IMG/VR virus record: IMGVR_UViG_3300021404_000006
Location: 32,001-96,000 of that record
Source: a virus
DNA length: 64,000 nt
Direction: 5' to 3' (one strand)
In this document: positions 53,567 through 62,968 of the stretch, in pieces
Layout of the letters: every line of letters starts with the position of its first letter
How positions within the stretch are numbered: position 1 is the stretch's first letter
Position numbers and translations under genes: made by a program
Notes under the pieces: model-generated
Databases searched by the model: none
Seen by the model: the letters and a program-made list of their open reading frames with translations, nothing else
Told to the model about the DNA's origin: nothing

Positions 53567-56041
53567 CTACCTCATCACCATGTTGACCGGCTTCGCCTGG
53601 ACGAAAACGACAAAGCTTCTCCGGCTGTTGCCTACGCCTGTAGTTGCCCAGCGGATATCCTGCCTTGCCAGCTGGTCCTTGACTTCACTCGCGCCGATCC
53701 TCGGCAGCCCGTTGGGGACGGCGTGCTGGGAGTTGTACTGCGTACGGAGCATTCCCAGCGTCGGGCTGTTAGACAGGCGGCTGTCGGTCGTCTTGATGTC
53801 AGCCGGGAACAGGTCGAAGTTCTCCGTGAGCCACGCGCCGAACTCGTCGCTGCGTACCTGTGCGGAATCCCTGGACATGACTACGGCATGCGGGACCGGC
53901 CAGCGGTTGTCGGTACGGTACATGGCGCACTCGTAGATCAGCTTCGCGAGAATGGCCGGGTACTCGGGCTTGCCGTTTCTCAGCCAGTTGAGCCTTGCCT
54001 CGTTGGTGGTAGCCGGAGTACCGTCGCAGGGAATGTGCGTAATCCGCTCGGCTACACCCTGCGCGTCCATCCGCAGTGCGTTGCGCGGGTTCTGGCAGAT
54101 AAGGAAATTGAACAGCTTGGGCGCGCTTACCCGGTTGCTGTACTTGCGCGAAGCGGAAAGGTCTCCGGTGCCGGAGGCAAGATCGTTGAACCGGGAGATC
54201 GCCTGTTTGCCTGCGGGCGGAGGCTCGTCCATCCACACCATGCGCGCCCCCATCATGGCCGCGATCTCTTCCTCTGCTGAGGAAGAGGAATCATTCCCGA
54301 GGATCTTGTCCGGGGTTACCTTAACCGCGTAGTTTCCGAGCACCTTGTACAGGATTTCTGAAAAAGTTGACTTGCCTCCCTGCGGCGGCCCGTCCAGCAC
54401 CGGGTGCATCTTAGAGGTAGCGCCCCACAGCAGGACGCCTGCCATCTCGCGCAGTGCCCACGCCCTTATCTCAGGGTCTGGCCAGATCGCTTCCAGCAGC
54501 CGGTCGAACGCAGGCGTGGGGCCGGGGTACGGAGCGCACAGGGCTGTCTTCAGGTGCACCGGGTTAACCGGGCCGAAATCGGTAGCGAACCTGAGTGCCG
54601 GGTACCTGAGCGACCACGGCTGGCCGCCTGCCCACAGCACGTCCGGCTCGGTGTCAAGGTCGCTTACCCTCACGCTGTAGCTGCCGTCCGCGAGGAACGA
54701 CTTGATGAGTGCGTTGCCGATGGCATTCTGGCCGGACGTACCGAGGAACTTACCCCGGATCTTGATCAGCCTCTCCTTGCGGGCGGCGTCTTTGTCTATG
54801 TCCTGCTGGCTGGCAGCCGTGCCCTGCGCCTCAAGCTCTTCAGAAAGCTGGGCCTCTGTCTTCAGGGAACCAGCCAGCTCCATCACGATCGTCGCCGCGC
54901 GCTCCAGCCTCTCGGACTTGGTGCCCCAGCGCTCCCAGTAGGTGCCGGTGTTCTCCAGCCAGCAGCCTTCGTCGGAGGTAAGACGGAAGTTAACCACGGC
55001 AAAATCACGCACGACCTTACCGAGAACAGTGTCGTTGGCCGCTGGCGGTTCGAACGGGTAACCCGGCGGGTTAAGGCGCTCGGCTACAGTCCGCCGGGTT
55101 AGCGGCTCCCCGATCGCTACCGCGTGCTCGGCAAGCTCGGCTGCCTTGTGCTGCACCTCTTCGACGGACTTCGGCCGCAGCCTCTCCGCCTCGCGGGCAA
55201 GTACCTCAGCAGCCAGCTCCTCGTAGGGCATGCCCGACCAGTTCTCCCAGACGGCCATCTCCTCGCGGTCCCATTTCTCTGACTTCGCCTGCGCGGAGCG
55301 GATCTTCTCCGCAATGTAGGCGTCGCGTCCGCGCCATTCGCCGTCGCGGTTAGGCATGATGACCGCAAGGCGCTCGTAAATCGATGACTCGTCAAGCCCC
55401 GCGCGCACCATAGAGCAGACCACGGCAAGGCATTCGTCGTGCGAGGTGATCTCGTAACCGTCGTCTTCCCACGCGCCCGCCAGGCCGGCGGTTCCCGCAG
55501 TGCCTTCGCGCCCGTACTGGGGGAAGATGCGGTCACGGGTAAGGGCCTCAAGAATTTCCGCTGTCGCTTCAACCGGCTCGTTGCCTACTGCCGTGTACAT
55601 CAGCCCTGACTTGTGACGGCCTTCTACATACGAGAAGCCGTTGGACTTAACGTCGCCCCACACGGTCGGCCCTTGCTTCGGCCACAGGTGCAGCAGTTCT
55701 TCCGGAACTGTCAGCACCACGTGCGCTCGCGCGCCGTCCTCGCGAACGGAGGTAACGATCTCGGACAGCTCGCCAAGTTCTATGTAGGTGTTCCCGATCT
55801 CCCATTCTTCCGGGTGGTCGATGTCGATGACGATCGTGCGGCTGGTCCTGGAGCAGGCGATGCCCCACTGGAACTCACCGAACTCAGGGTGAGGCGGCTT
55901 GCCGGCCGCACGGAACTCACGGTCGGACACGGAACCGAATTCAAGATCTTCGTAGCTTCCGGAGACACAGGCGATCTTGCCGCCCTCACTGTCGTTGTAC
56001 CAGCGGAGCCAGGTAAAAGAGAAGCCGCTCATGCTGCCCAC
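53567..56041 (-). CDS. Primase-helicase (prim-pol plus D5/SF3 helicase)
   Basis: IVIDID, GDVKSNGF, Walker A GPPQGGKST, Walker B WMDE, LICQN. Confidence 0.85.
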   Translation of the reverse strand: MGSMSGFSFTWLRWYNDSEGGKIACVSGSYEDLEFGSVSDREFRAAGKPPHPEFGEFQWGIACSRTSRTIVIDIDHPEEWEIGNTYIELGELSEIVTSVREDGARAHVVLTVPEELLHLWPKQGPTVWGDVKSNGFSYVEGRHKSGLMYTAVGNEPVEATAEILEALTRDRIFPQYGREGTAGTAGLAGAWEDDGYEITSHDECLAVVCSMVRAGLDESSIYERLAVIMPNRDGEWRGRDAYIAEKIRSAQAKSEKWDREEMAVWENWSGMPYEELAAEVLAREAERLRPKSVEEVQHKAAELAEHAVAIGEPLTRRTVAERLNPPGYPFEPPAANDTVLGKVVRDFAVVNFRLTSDEGCWLENTGTYWERWGTKSERLERAATIVMELAGSLKTEAQLSEELEAQGTAASQQDIDKDAARKERLIKIRGKFLGTSGQNAIGNALIKSFLADGSYSVRVSDLDTEPDVLWAGGQPWSLRYPALRFATDFGPVNPVHLKTALCAPYPGPTPAFDRLLEAIWPDPEIRAWALREMAGVLLWGATSKMHPVLDGPPQGGKSTFSEILYKVLGNYAVKVTPDKILGNDSSSSAEEEIAAMMGARMVWMDEPPPAGKQAISRFNDLASGTGDLSASRKYSNRVSAPKLFNFLICQNPRNALRMDAQGVAERITHIPCDGTPATTNEARLNWLRNGKPEYPAILAKLIYECAMYRTDNRWPVPHAVVMSRDSAQVRSDEFGAWLTENFDLFPADIKTTDSRLSNSPTLGMLRTQYNSQHAVPNGLPRIGASEVKDQLARQDIRWATTGVGNSRRSFVVFVQAKPVNMVMR

Positions 56042-56305
56042 GGTACCAGCCCAGGGGGAGGGGCGCAGGCAGATGTGGGTAACCCACTGGGCTGACTGCT
56101 GGGGAGCCTCAATCCCTTACTACATAGGAAGTGGCTATATGGGTAACTTCTACTATTATTAATTCTAAGAGAGAGAGAGATATAGAGATTATGGGGGTTA
56201 CAGGGGGTCTAGGGGATCTCAGAACTCAATGGGAAAAACCCTGCCCATGTACCCAGTTTTCCGATAGCCCTCCTAAGCCCCCCGCTGGCTGGTACAGTCC
56301 CTGGC

Positions 56306-57808
56306 ATGAGCACCGAGGATGTCCTCGCAAGGCAGGCAGCGCTCAGCCACTTGGACATACACACGCCCATGGCGCTGGAAGAAAAGCCCAAACCGAAACC
56401 CAAGCGCAAGCCGAAGCAGGATGCGCGAGCGAAGGCATCTCAGGCGGGCTACAAGAAGGCACTGAGGGCGTCTACCCGTGAGCAGCGGATCAGGAAGTCG
56501 GAAGAGGCACGCGTCCGCAGGGCACAAGAGAAACTGGCGGCCAGGGAAGCCGAGCGGCAGGCGAAGATAGACGAGGCCGCTGAAGGTTACTGCGAGCTGC
56601 CCGCTGTCGTACTGCGCGACGGCACGGTCAGGCACATCGACTACCCCACAGCCATCGAGATCGTCAGCCAGTACCTGGGCGCGCTCGGCGTGGACGTGGA
56701 GCACAGCGGCTACGACACAGGGGACAAGCGGTACGAGCTGCGGACGGTCCAGCTGGGCGGCAGGGACATGACCGTGGTGTTCGACGCGGACTCGGCGGCC
56801 CAGCGGATGATCGTCAAGTGGGCGCTGGCCTCAGCCGAGAAGCTGCACGCGTTCGCCGCCATCGCTGACCTGATCCCGCTCGTGCTGGCCGGCCTGACCG
56901 ACTGGGATACCGCCTGGGGCAAGATGTACGACGGCGTGCTGTACGTGAAGCTGACTGACCCGCGCCTGGCAGGATCGGAAGCCAACGGGCTGAAAGACCT
57001 AGCCCGCGACATGCTGCACGAGTACGCCGTAAGCCCTGAAGCCGAGAAGAAGAAGAACGCTCTCTTCAAGGCGATCGGCTGCAACATCAACACCGACAGC
57101 TCCACCCCTGCCGAGAAGAACGGCTGGAACATGGTGAGCAAGTTCGCGGTGACCATGATCCGCTACGCCGGGTGTGACGTACTGGACCTGGCTGCCGTAC
57201 TGGATGCGCTCCCCCCGCTCCCTGTGCCTGAGTCCGTGCTTGACCGCGAAAGGGAAGTCCAGGCATCGTGCGCCCGGGTAGCCCTTGACGGCTTCGCCCT
57301 GGACTACGAGCACATCAAGGCGAAGATCGCGGAACACGAGGCCAGCAAAGCAGAGCACCAGCGCAACACCGAGATCCTGACTGACGGCAAGGTCGTCAAC
57401 CCGAGCGCTCCCGGCGTCGGCGCTGCCCTGATCGAGCTGTACCCGCACCTCGCATCGGTACTTGACCGCAGCGAGGACACAGGAGAGCCGAGCGCAGCCA
57501 AGAAGTCCCTCGCCAAGATCCAGGGCGACGGTATCGATGCGGTTACAGCCAGGGAGATCCTGGCCTACCGGCACGATGTTACGACGCTCAGCCTGCTTCT
57601 CCGGCCCTTGGAGAACCTGTGCGTGAACGGCGACGGCAGAATGCGGCCCACGGTTTACACGATCAACGCCGACACCGGCCGCATGTCCTGCGTACGTCCC
57701 AACGGCCAGCAGTTCTCGCGGCGCGGCGGCATCAGGGCATGCGTCGTAGCCGGCCTGATGGATATCGAACTCGTTAACGGCAAGTGGAGGGTGGTGCTGG
57801 CAGCGTGA
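56306..57808 (+). CDS. Family A DNA polymerase, N-terminal subunit (3'-5' exonuclease and thumb)
   Basis: GVDVEHSG, YAGCDV, ADTGRMSCVRPNGQQ...GGIRACVVA, then stop. Confidence 0.85.
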   Translation: MSTEDVLARQAALSHLDIHTPMALEEKPKPKPKRKPKQDARAKASQAGYKKALRASTREQRIRKSEEARVRRAQEKLAAREAERQAKIDEAAEGYCELPAVVLRDGTVRHIDYPTAIEIVSQYLGALGVDVEHSGYDTGDKRYELRTVQLGGRDMTVVFDADSAAQRMIVKWALASAEKLHAFAAIADLIPLVLAGLTDWDTAWGKMYDGVLYVKLTDPRLAGSEANGLKDLARDMLHEYAVSPEAEKKKNALFKAIGCNINTDSSTPAEKNGWNMVSKFAVTMIRYAGCDVLDLAAVLDALPPLPVPESVLDREREVQASCARVALDGFALDYEHIKAKIAEHEASKAEHQRNTEILTDGKVVNPSAPGVGAALIELYPHLASVLDRSEDTGEPSAAKKSLAKIQGDGIDAVTAREILAYRHDVTTLSLLLRPLENLCVNGDGRMRPTVYTINADTGRMSCVRPNGQQFSRRGGIRACVVAGLMDIELVNGKWRVVLAA

Positions 57809-57957
57809 AGACTGGGATCAGGTATATATTTCACGGGTGGTTCATAACTGTTGGCCCGTGGCAGATTAGGATAATTCTCCCCAAAGGAGGCCGGTTTAAT
57901 AACGGCTCACGGTGGCATTCTCGCTGGTACCGCTGGGCTGAGGAGCAGGATTACTGA
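57805..57957 (+). CDS. 50-aa Trp-rich ORF inserted between polymerase halves
   Basis: GTGA-coupled to the polymerase N-half and TGATG-coupled to the next ORF. Confidence 0.45.
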   Translation: MKTGIRYIFHGWFITVGPWQIRIILPKGGRFNNGSRWHSRWYRWAEEQDY

Positions 57958-58142
57958 TGCGAACTGAGTATGTTTCTCCCTTTGACATGGACCCCGGTAA
58001 CGGGTGGGACGGCCACAAGGACTGGCTTAACTACCGGGAGCAGTTCGTACGCGGCGAAGATGCTGACTGGGCTTTCGAACAGATGCTATTCCGGGTATCT
58101 TCTACGATTCCTCATGCAGCAAAGAGGCGACGTGAAGACTGA
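57957..58142 (+). CDS. 61-aa ORF inserted between polymerase halves
   Basis: GAGGAG RBS; overlaps the start of the polymerase C-half. Confidence 0.5.
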   Translation: MRTEYVSPFDMDPGNGWDGHKDWLNYREQFVRGEDADWAFEQMLFRVSSTIPHAAKRRRED

Positions 58143-58893
58143 AATGATAGGCATTTCTGCCGACTTCAGCGGCTGCGAGATCATCGTCGCGGCAGGCTTG
58201 TCGGGAGACAGGCAGCTCTACGAGGCAGAGACCAGCTCCCGGTGCTACGCGTGCGACGGCGACCCGTGCTCGTGCGGCAAGTACCATACCGGCCTGCACT
58301 GGCTGGCGGCTCACCTGACATTCGGGAAGGATGCCGTCAAGGAGCACCGCTACCAGGCCAAGGCGGTTATCTTCCGCAAGCTGTTCGGCGGTCAGCCCGA
58401 CTCCGATGTCGCGGCTAAGATCGCCCGGGTATTCGACACTGAGATCGCTCCCGTCTACAAGGCGTGGGACGACTGGCTCCGCGTGATGTACACCCAGGGC
58501 AGCCTGCTCTACCGTGACTACTCCGGCCACGGCGAGAACTATTCCATGAACCTGGAAGGCCGCAAGCGCTATGCGATTTACCGGACCTATTCAGGCCGCC
58601 AGATCTATTCAGGCAAGGGCGAGCACGCCGTAGGCAACTACGCCATTCAGGGAACAGCACGTGAACTTCTGGTAGACGGAATTCGTGTCTGGAGCCATTC
58701 GAGGTGGGGCCACCTGCCTATCCTCCCGGTGCACGACCAGATCATTGCGTTCGTACCCAGGGAGGAAGCAGACGAGGCCAGCGCCGTACTGCGCAGGTGC
58801 ATGGAAACGGATGTGCTTTCCACTGATGACTGGAACGTGCACATCGACGCTGACCTGGACAAGCCATTCAAAGCGTGGCCGGATAGCTCGTGA
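58132..58893 (+). CDS. Family A DNA polymerase, C-terminal catalytic subunit
   Basis: ISADFSGCE (motif A), RYQAKAVIF..LFG (motif B), NYAIQGTA, PVHDQI (motif C); GTG start with GAGG RBS. Confidence 0.85.
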   Translation: MKTEMIGISADFSGCEIIVAAGLSGDRQLYEAETSSRCYACDGDPCSCGKYHTGLHWLAAHLTFGKDAVKEHRYQAKAVIFRKLFGGQPDSDVAAKIARVFDTEIAPVYKAWDDWLRVMYTQGSLLYRDYSGHGENYSMNLEGRKRYAIYRTYSGRQIYSGKGEHAVGNYAIQGTARELLVDGIRVWSHSRWGHLPILPVHDQIIAFVPREEADEASAVLRRCMETDVLSTDDWNVHIDADLDKPFKAWPDSS

Positions 58894-58956
58894 TTTGCTT
58901 TTAGTGATATCGTGGTAGGCGTACCCATGAGGGGTGAATGAGTTAGGGATAATAAA

Positions 58957-59166
58957 ATGCACAGCTATGAAGTCGCGTACAGGACAGGGCCTGCGGACTA
59001 CAAGGCCGAAGAGGTAGTAGCGGATTTCTACGAGACGCAGGCGACACAAGGCGCGCACATGATAGCCGATTTCCGTCTGGATGACGGCAAGTACATCGCT
59101 ACCTTCGCTGACGTGCTTAGCGTTAAGCTGCTTAACCGAGAAGCGGCTTGCGATCTAGTGGTATAG
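58957..59166 (+). CDS. Hypothetical protein
   Basis: Co-oriented ORF. Confidence 0.45.
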   Translation: MHSYEVAYRTGPADYKAEEVVADFYETQATQGAHMIADFRLDDGKYIATFADVLSVKLLNREAACDLVV

Positions 59167-59173
59167 TACTTCC

Positions 59174-60160
59174 ATGGCCATCGTATTCAAGCCAGGCGTA
59201 AAGCCGAACGATCCGCATCAGCCACGGCTTTACTTCAGCGCTTTCCGGCGTGCAGGCGCAGCAGCCCCTGCCTCAGTTGACTACTACTCGCAGCTTCGCA
59301 ACATCGGAATGCTCGGCAATGCTGACTGGGGTGACTGCGTAGAGGCCAGCAACGGCCACATGGTGGAGCAGCAGACTAACCTCGGGCAGGGCACCGAGTA
59401 CGTAGTCGCTGAGACTGCCGCGCTTGCCGAGTACAGCGCCATTACCGGCTTCAACCCGAACGCAGGCCCTCCCGGTTCTAACCCGACCGACCAGGGCACG
59501 GTAATCCAGGACGGCCTGAACGACCTTCGCAAGAACGGCCTCGGTCCCCACAAGATCGCCGCGTTCGCTCAGCTTAACCCCGGGAACATGGCGGACGTGA
59601 AGCTCGCGATCTCCGAGTTCGGCATCATCGACATCGGCTTCCCGTTCCCGGCGTCCGCGATGGACCAGTTCAACGCGGGCCAGCCGTGGGACGTGGTTCA
59701 GGGTTCCCCGATCGACGGCGGTCACTGCGTGTCCGTGGCGGGATACGACGCCGCGTACCTGTACGTGTACACCTGGGGCGCGGTGCAGAAGATGACCTAC
59801 GCGTTCTGGAACACCTACGTAGCCGGCAGCAGCGGCGAGGCGTGGGCTGTCGTCAGCCAGGACTGGGTGAACGCGAACACGGGCAAGGACCCCGAAGGCG
59901 TGGACGCACAGGCTCTCGGCGCGCAGTTCGCGTCGCTCACCGGCCAGCCTAACCCGTTCCCCGCGCCCGCTCCTACCCCCACGCCTACCCCGACGCCTAC
60001 GCCTACCCCGGTTCCTGTTCCGCCGCCTGTACCCGTGGGTCCGGACGCTGCGGAGCTGGCTCTCGCCAAGGCGGCACGCAGGTTCCTCGCCTCGTGGTGG
60101 CCGACGCCTAAGTACCTGGTCACGGCGCTCCAGAAGTGGCTCGCTGACAAGGGACTGTAA
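59174..60160 (+). CDS. Papain-like (C1/C39-type) cysteine peptidase with Pro-Thr linker
   Basis: GDCVEAS...GGHCVSVAGYD...YTWG; (PT)n linker. Confidence 0.75.
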   Translation: MAIVFKPGVKPNDPHQPRLYFSAFRRAGAAAPASVDYYSQLRNIGMLGNADWGDCVEASNGHMVEQQTNLGQGTEYVVAETAALAEYSAITGFNPNAGPPGSNPTDQGTVIQDGLNDLRKNGLGPHKIAAFAQLNPGNMADVKLAISEFGIIDIGFPFPASAMDQFNAGQPWDVVQGSPIDGGHCVSVAGYDAAYLYVYTWGAVQKMTYAFWNTYVAGSSGEAWAVVSQDWVNANTGKDPEGVDAQALGAQFASLTGQPNPFPAPAPTPTPTPTPTPTPVPVPPPVPVGPDAAELALAKAARRFLASWWPTPKYLVTALQKWLADKGL

Positions 60161-60172
60161 ATCTGACGACAG

Positions 60173-60208
60173 CTTTAAGTTTTTCGCAGAAATGCGAAAA
60201 ACTTAAAG
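60173..60208. terminator. AT-rich hairpin terminator
   Basis: CTTTAAGTTTTTCGCA-gaaa-TGCGAAAAACTTAAAG. Confidence 0.75.
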
Positions 60209-60260
60209 TTGCCCGATTTCAAAATCCCCCCTTAATCCGAAATAGGCCGAGATAGCGATT

Positions 60261-60341
60261 ATGATAACCTGGCTTCTTATCGTTCTGATCGTCATTGTCA
60301 CCGTTCTGCTCGGAGTCTTTCTGACGAGCCAGAGCAAGTAG
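60261..60341 (+). CDS. 26-aa single-TM peptide
   Basis: MITWLLIVLIVIVTVLLGVFLTSQSK. Confidence 0.5.
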   Translation: MITWLLIVLIVIVTVLLGVFLTSQSK

Positions 60342-60368
60342 TACCCTGGAAGGCGGAAGGAGGTAATT

Positions 60369-60443
60369 ATGGCAACCTGGCTAGTAGTGCTGATCGTCGT
60401 TCTCGCCGTCCTGCTCGGCATTTTCCTTATCCGTCATCTATAA
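60369..60443 (+). CDS. 24-aa single-TM peptide (paralog)
   Basis: AAGGAGG RBS; MATWLVVLIVVLAVLLGIFLIRHL. Confidence 0.6.
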   Translation: MATWLVVLIVVLAVLLGIFLIRHL

Positions 60444-60451
60444 TCACGGCT

Positions 60452-60808
60452 ATGGACATGAACAACCCGCTAGCGGACCTGCTTGCGAAGAAAGAGCAGG
60501 CTAAGGCTGAAGTGGCTAAGGCCACTAGCGCGGCTGAGGCCTTGCTTGCCGATCTCGAAGCCCAGGACGCGGTGAACGCCGCTGCTTCGACTGTAGACAC
60601 GAAGCACCGGCTTCCCAGCGCTTACGCGCCCGGCGACCCCAGGAACGGCGTAGCGCCCTCGGGCGGCGACCAGCTTCACGATGCCCTGGAAAGCAGTTTC
60701 CGGCCGGTCAATAAGGACAACATCTCCCAGACCACGCTTCCGTCCTCGCATACGGTGGACTTCGCGCAGAAGATCAGGGACGCGCGCCGGCCTTACGGCA
60801 ACCATTAG
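60452..60808 (+). CDS. Hypothetical protein
   Basis: Co-oriented ORF. Confidence 0.55.
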   Translation: MDMNNPLADLLAKKEQAKAEVAKATSAAEALLADLEAQDAVNAAASTVDTKHRLPSAYAPGDPRNGVAPSGGDQLHDALESSFRPVNKDNISQTTLPSSHTVDFAQKIRDARRPYGNH

Positions 60809-60855
60809 GAAATCCCGGCCATGAACGAAGTTCAAGACCGGGATTCCTCCTTTTC

Positions 60856-61044
60856 TTACTTATCTCGCGGTACTGCGTAGATCTGCCATCCGTGCCTGCC
60901 GTTAGGGCCTGCTACCGGGTCCTTCTGGTACCCGAATAGCCATCCTTCTATTCCTTCTATGGCGGCTAGAGATATGTACATGTCCCGCAGTTCTATCGCT
61001 TCTCTTTTTGTCGCGGCATGGTCTATGACGCTTTTCTCAGCCAT
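60856..61044 (-). CDS. Hypothetical protein
   Basis: Small ORF with RBS-like GCAGG. Confidence 0.4.
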   Translation of the reverse strand: MAEKSVIDHAATKREAIELRDMYISLAAIEGIEGWLFGYQKDPVAGPNGRHGWQIYAVPRDK

Positions 61045-61185
61045 GTGAACCTGCCTGCGTGCTAGTGGGGTGCCCCTTCATTTCAAAGGGGCGCGGTTCG
61101 CCTCCTGCGTTTACGTCGGCGCGGTTTTCGATGCTGGGGTCTGGACATCGTTTCGCCTCCTCGTATTCGACTTTGAACCGAGAGC

Positions 61186-61494
61186 CTAGAACAGGTATTC
61201 GTCTGGATTATCGCGGATATTCATCCCGAGGTCATCCCGCAAAAAGCGGAACCGGGAATTCGATATCGCTACCATGCCCTTCCGCCAGCCAAGCTGCACT
61301 GCGATCTGGCCCTCCATGCGGCCGAGTACCTTGATCCGGGGCAGGGGGTCGCTGCCGTACCCGTTTCCCTGCATCTGCACGGACTCAGTTCCGACCTCAC
61401 TGCCGGTGTCCCCCTGCTGCCGCTGCTGCGGCAGGTCTGCGGCCTTGGCCTGCTCCTGCTGCTCAGTGTTCTCTGGTTGTGCCGGTGTAGTCAT
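61186..61494 (-). CDS. Hypothetical protein
   Basis: GGAGGTG RBS. Confidence 0.6.
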   Translation of the reverse strand: MTTPAQPENTEQQEQAKAADLPQQRQQGDTGSEVGTESVQMQGNGYGSDPLPRIKVLGRMEGQIAVQLGWRKGMVAISNSRFRFLRDDLGMNIRDNPDEYLF

Positions 61495-61668
61495 CTGTGC
61501 TCACCTCCCTCCGTTGTTGTAGCTCCCTTGGTAGAGCCACGCCAAAGCCGCAGGTATTCCCTCATCTTGCAACACTTTCTCTAATTTTTTCAACTTCTGG
61601 CAGACAGCCGGAGAAATGCTACTGTAGTAGCTGGAACCAGGTTAAACCCGGACAAGGAGGAGACAGGC

Positions 61669-62490
61669 ATGAAGACCCGGTGGCGTGCTGCGGTAGTTGC
61701 AGCCGCTGGCGTGATGGCGGCGGCGGCTGCTCTCACTTTCACCCCCGTAGCGCACGCGGCTAACCCCGTCCCGCTGCCCGTCCCGCTTCAGTCGGGGCAC
61801 CCGTTCGCCACGCAGAAGAACGGGCCTGAGATCTACAGCTGGGGACCGGGTGCCAACAACCCCGGCAACTGCTCGAACCCGAACCGCAGTGAGCTGAGCA
61901 GTGACGGCACGAACGCGGTCCTGACGACCAACGGCCAGTCCGGGGACTGCAATGACCTCCAGTCGCCGCACACTTATCCGACTACTGACGGTTACGTGTA
62001 CGAAACGTACATGTACGACTCGAACTGGTCTCAGTGGGCCAGCTACTGGATGTACGGGAACAACTGGCCGACCGACGGAGAGATCGACAGCGTGGAGGGT
62101 GGCTCCGGTACCAGCTTCACCAGCTACCACTATGAAGGCCCTAGCGGTCCTGCCAGCTACTCCACCTGCAACAACTCCAATGGCTGCGACGCGAACGCGA
62201 CTCCGCTCCAGATCGGGCCTTCCGGGGCTAACATCTCCTCGGGCTGGCACACCGTAGACATCTCCTACGGCGGCCACGGCGCTGGCCAGGGCGAGGTCTG
62301 CGTGTGGTTCGACGGGCACCAGTACGGCTGCGTGTACGGGTCTAACGTCCTGAACGGCGGCACCGACCCCGGTTACTGGTTCACGTACTCCACGGGCTCC
62401 TGCCAGTCCGCCAACAACGGCAGCGTGTGCAACGGCAATTACCCGGACCCCGGCACCATCAAGGTGCAGTGGATTCGCATCTTCACGTAA
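61669..62490 (+). CDS. Secreted GH16-like glycoside hydrolase
   Basis: Signal peptide ending AHA; W..YWM..NNWPTDGEIDSVEG (ExDxxE); GWHT...WFDG. Confidence 0.8.
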   Translation: MKTRWRAAVVAAAGVMAAAAALTFTPVAHAANPVPLPVPLQSGHPFATQKNGPEIYSWGPGANNPGNCSNPNRSELSSDGTNAVLTTNGQSGDCNDLQSPHTYPTTDGYVYETYMYDSNWSQWASYWMYGNNWPTDGEIDSVEGGSGTSFTSYHYEGPSGPASYSTCNNSNGCDANATPLQIGPSGANISSGWHTVDISYGGHGAGQGEVCVWFDGHQYGCVYGSNVLNGGTDPGYWFTYSTGSCQSANNGSVCNGNYPDPGTIKVQWIRIFT

Positions 62491-62951
62491 TGCCGTCTAA
62501 CTACAGCACCAGGAGTTCGAAGAAGCCGCAGGCCCGCAAGCCTCCGGCTTCTTCGCCTTCACCTGCCCCCGTTCCCAGGGACATAGGCGAGAAGACAGCG
62601 GGCTACGAACGCGAGCAGCGGCATCCTAGCGGCCCGGCGTGGAAAAGGGTCGTAGCCAACGTCATAGCGGCTCACAATGGCATCTGCCATCTCTGCTACC
62701 ATCCCGGCGCACAGCAGGCCGACCACGTTATCCAGTACGCCGAAGGCGGCGGCGACACCGTGGAAAACCTGCGGCCCGCGCACGGATCGGCCGGAAAGCA
62801 GAAGAACAGGTGCCCCGTGTGCGGCCTCAACTGCAACAACATCCGGGGCGCGCTGTCGGTGGAGGCCGGCCGCCGGAAGATCGCGCGGAGGCAGGAGCAG
62901 GGAGCAGGGATAACCCCGGAGGTTAACGAGGACGCAGGACGGGAATGGTAG
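62490..62951 (+). CDS. HNH endonuclease (packaging-associated type)
   Basis: ICHLC...ADHVI...GG.D..ENLRPAH...CNNIRG. Confidence 0.8.
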   Translation: MPSNYSTRSSKKPQARKPPASSPSPAPVPRDIGEKTAGYEREQRHPSGPAWKRVVANVIAAHNGICHLCYHPGAQQADHVIQYAEGGGDTVENLRPAHGSAGKQKNRCPVCGLNCNNIRGALSVEAGRRKIARRQEQGAGITPEVNEDAGREW

Positions 62952-62968
62952 CGAGTACGATAGGGATT

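Noticed and set aside
57805-58131. Group I intron or intein in the polymerase
   Set aside because: No intein termini or recognisable intron core; the interval is filled by two coupled ORFs and bounded by a direct repeat.
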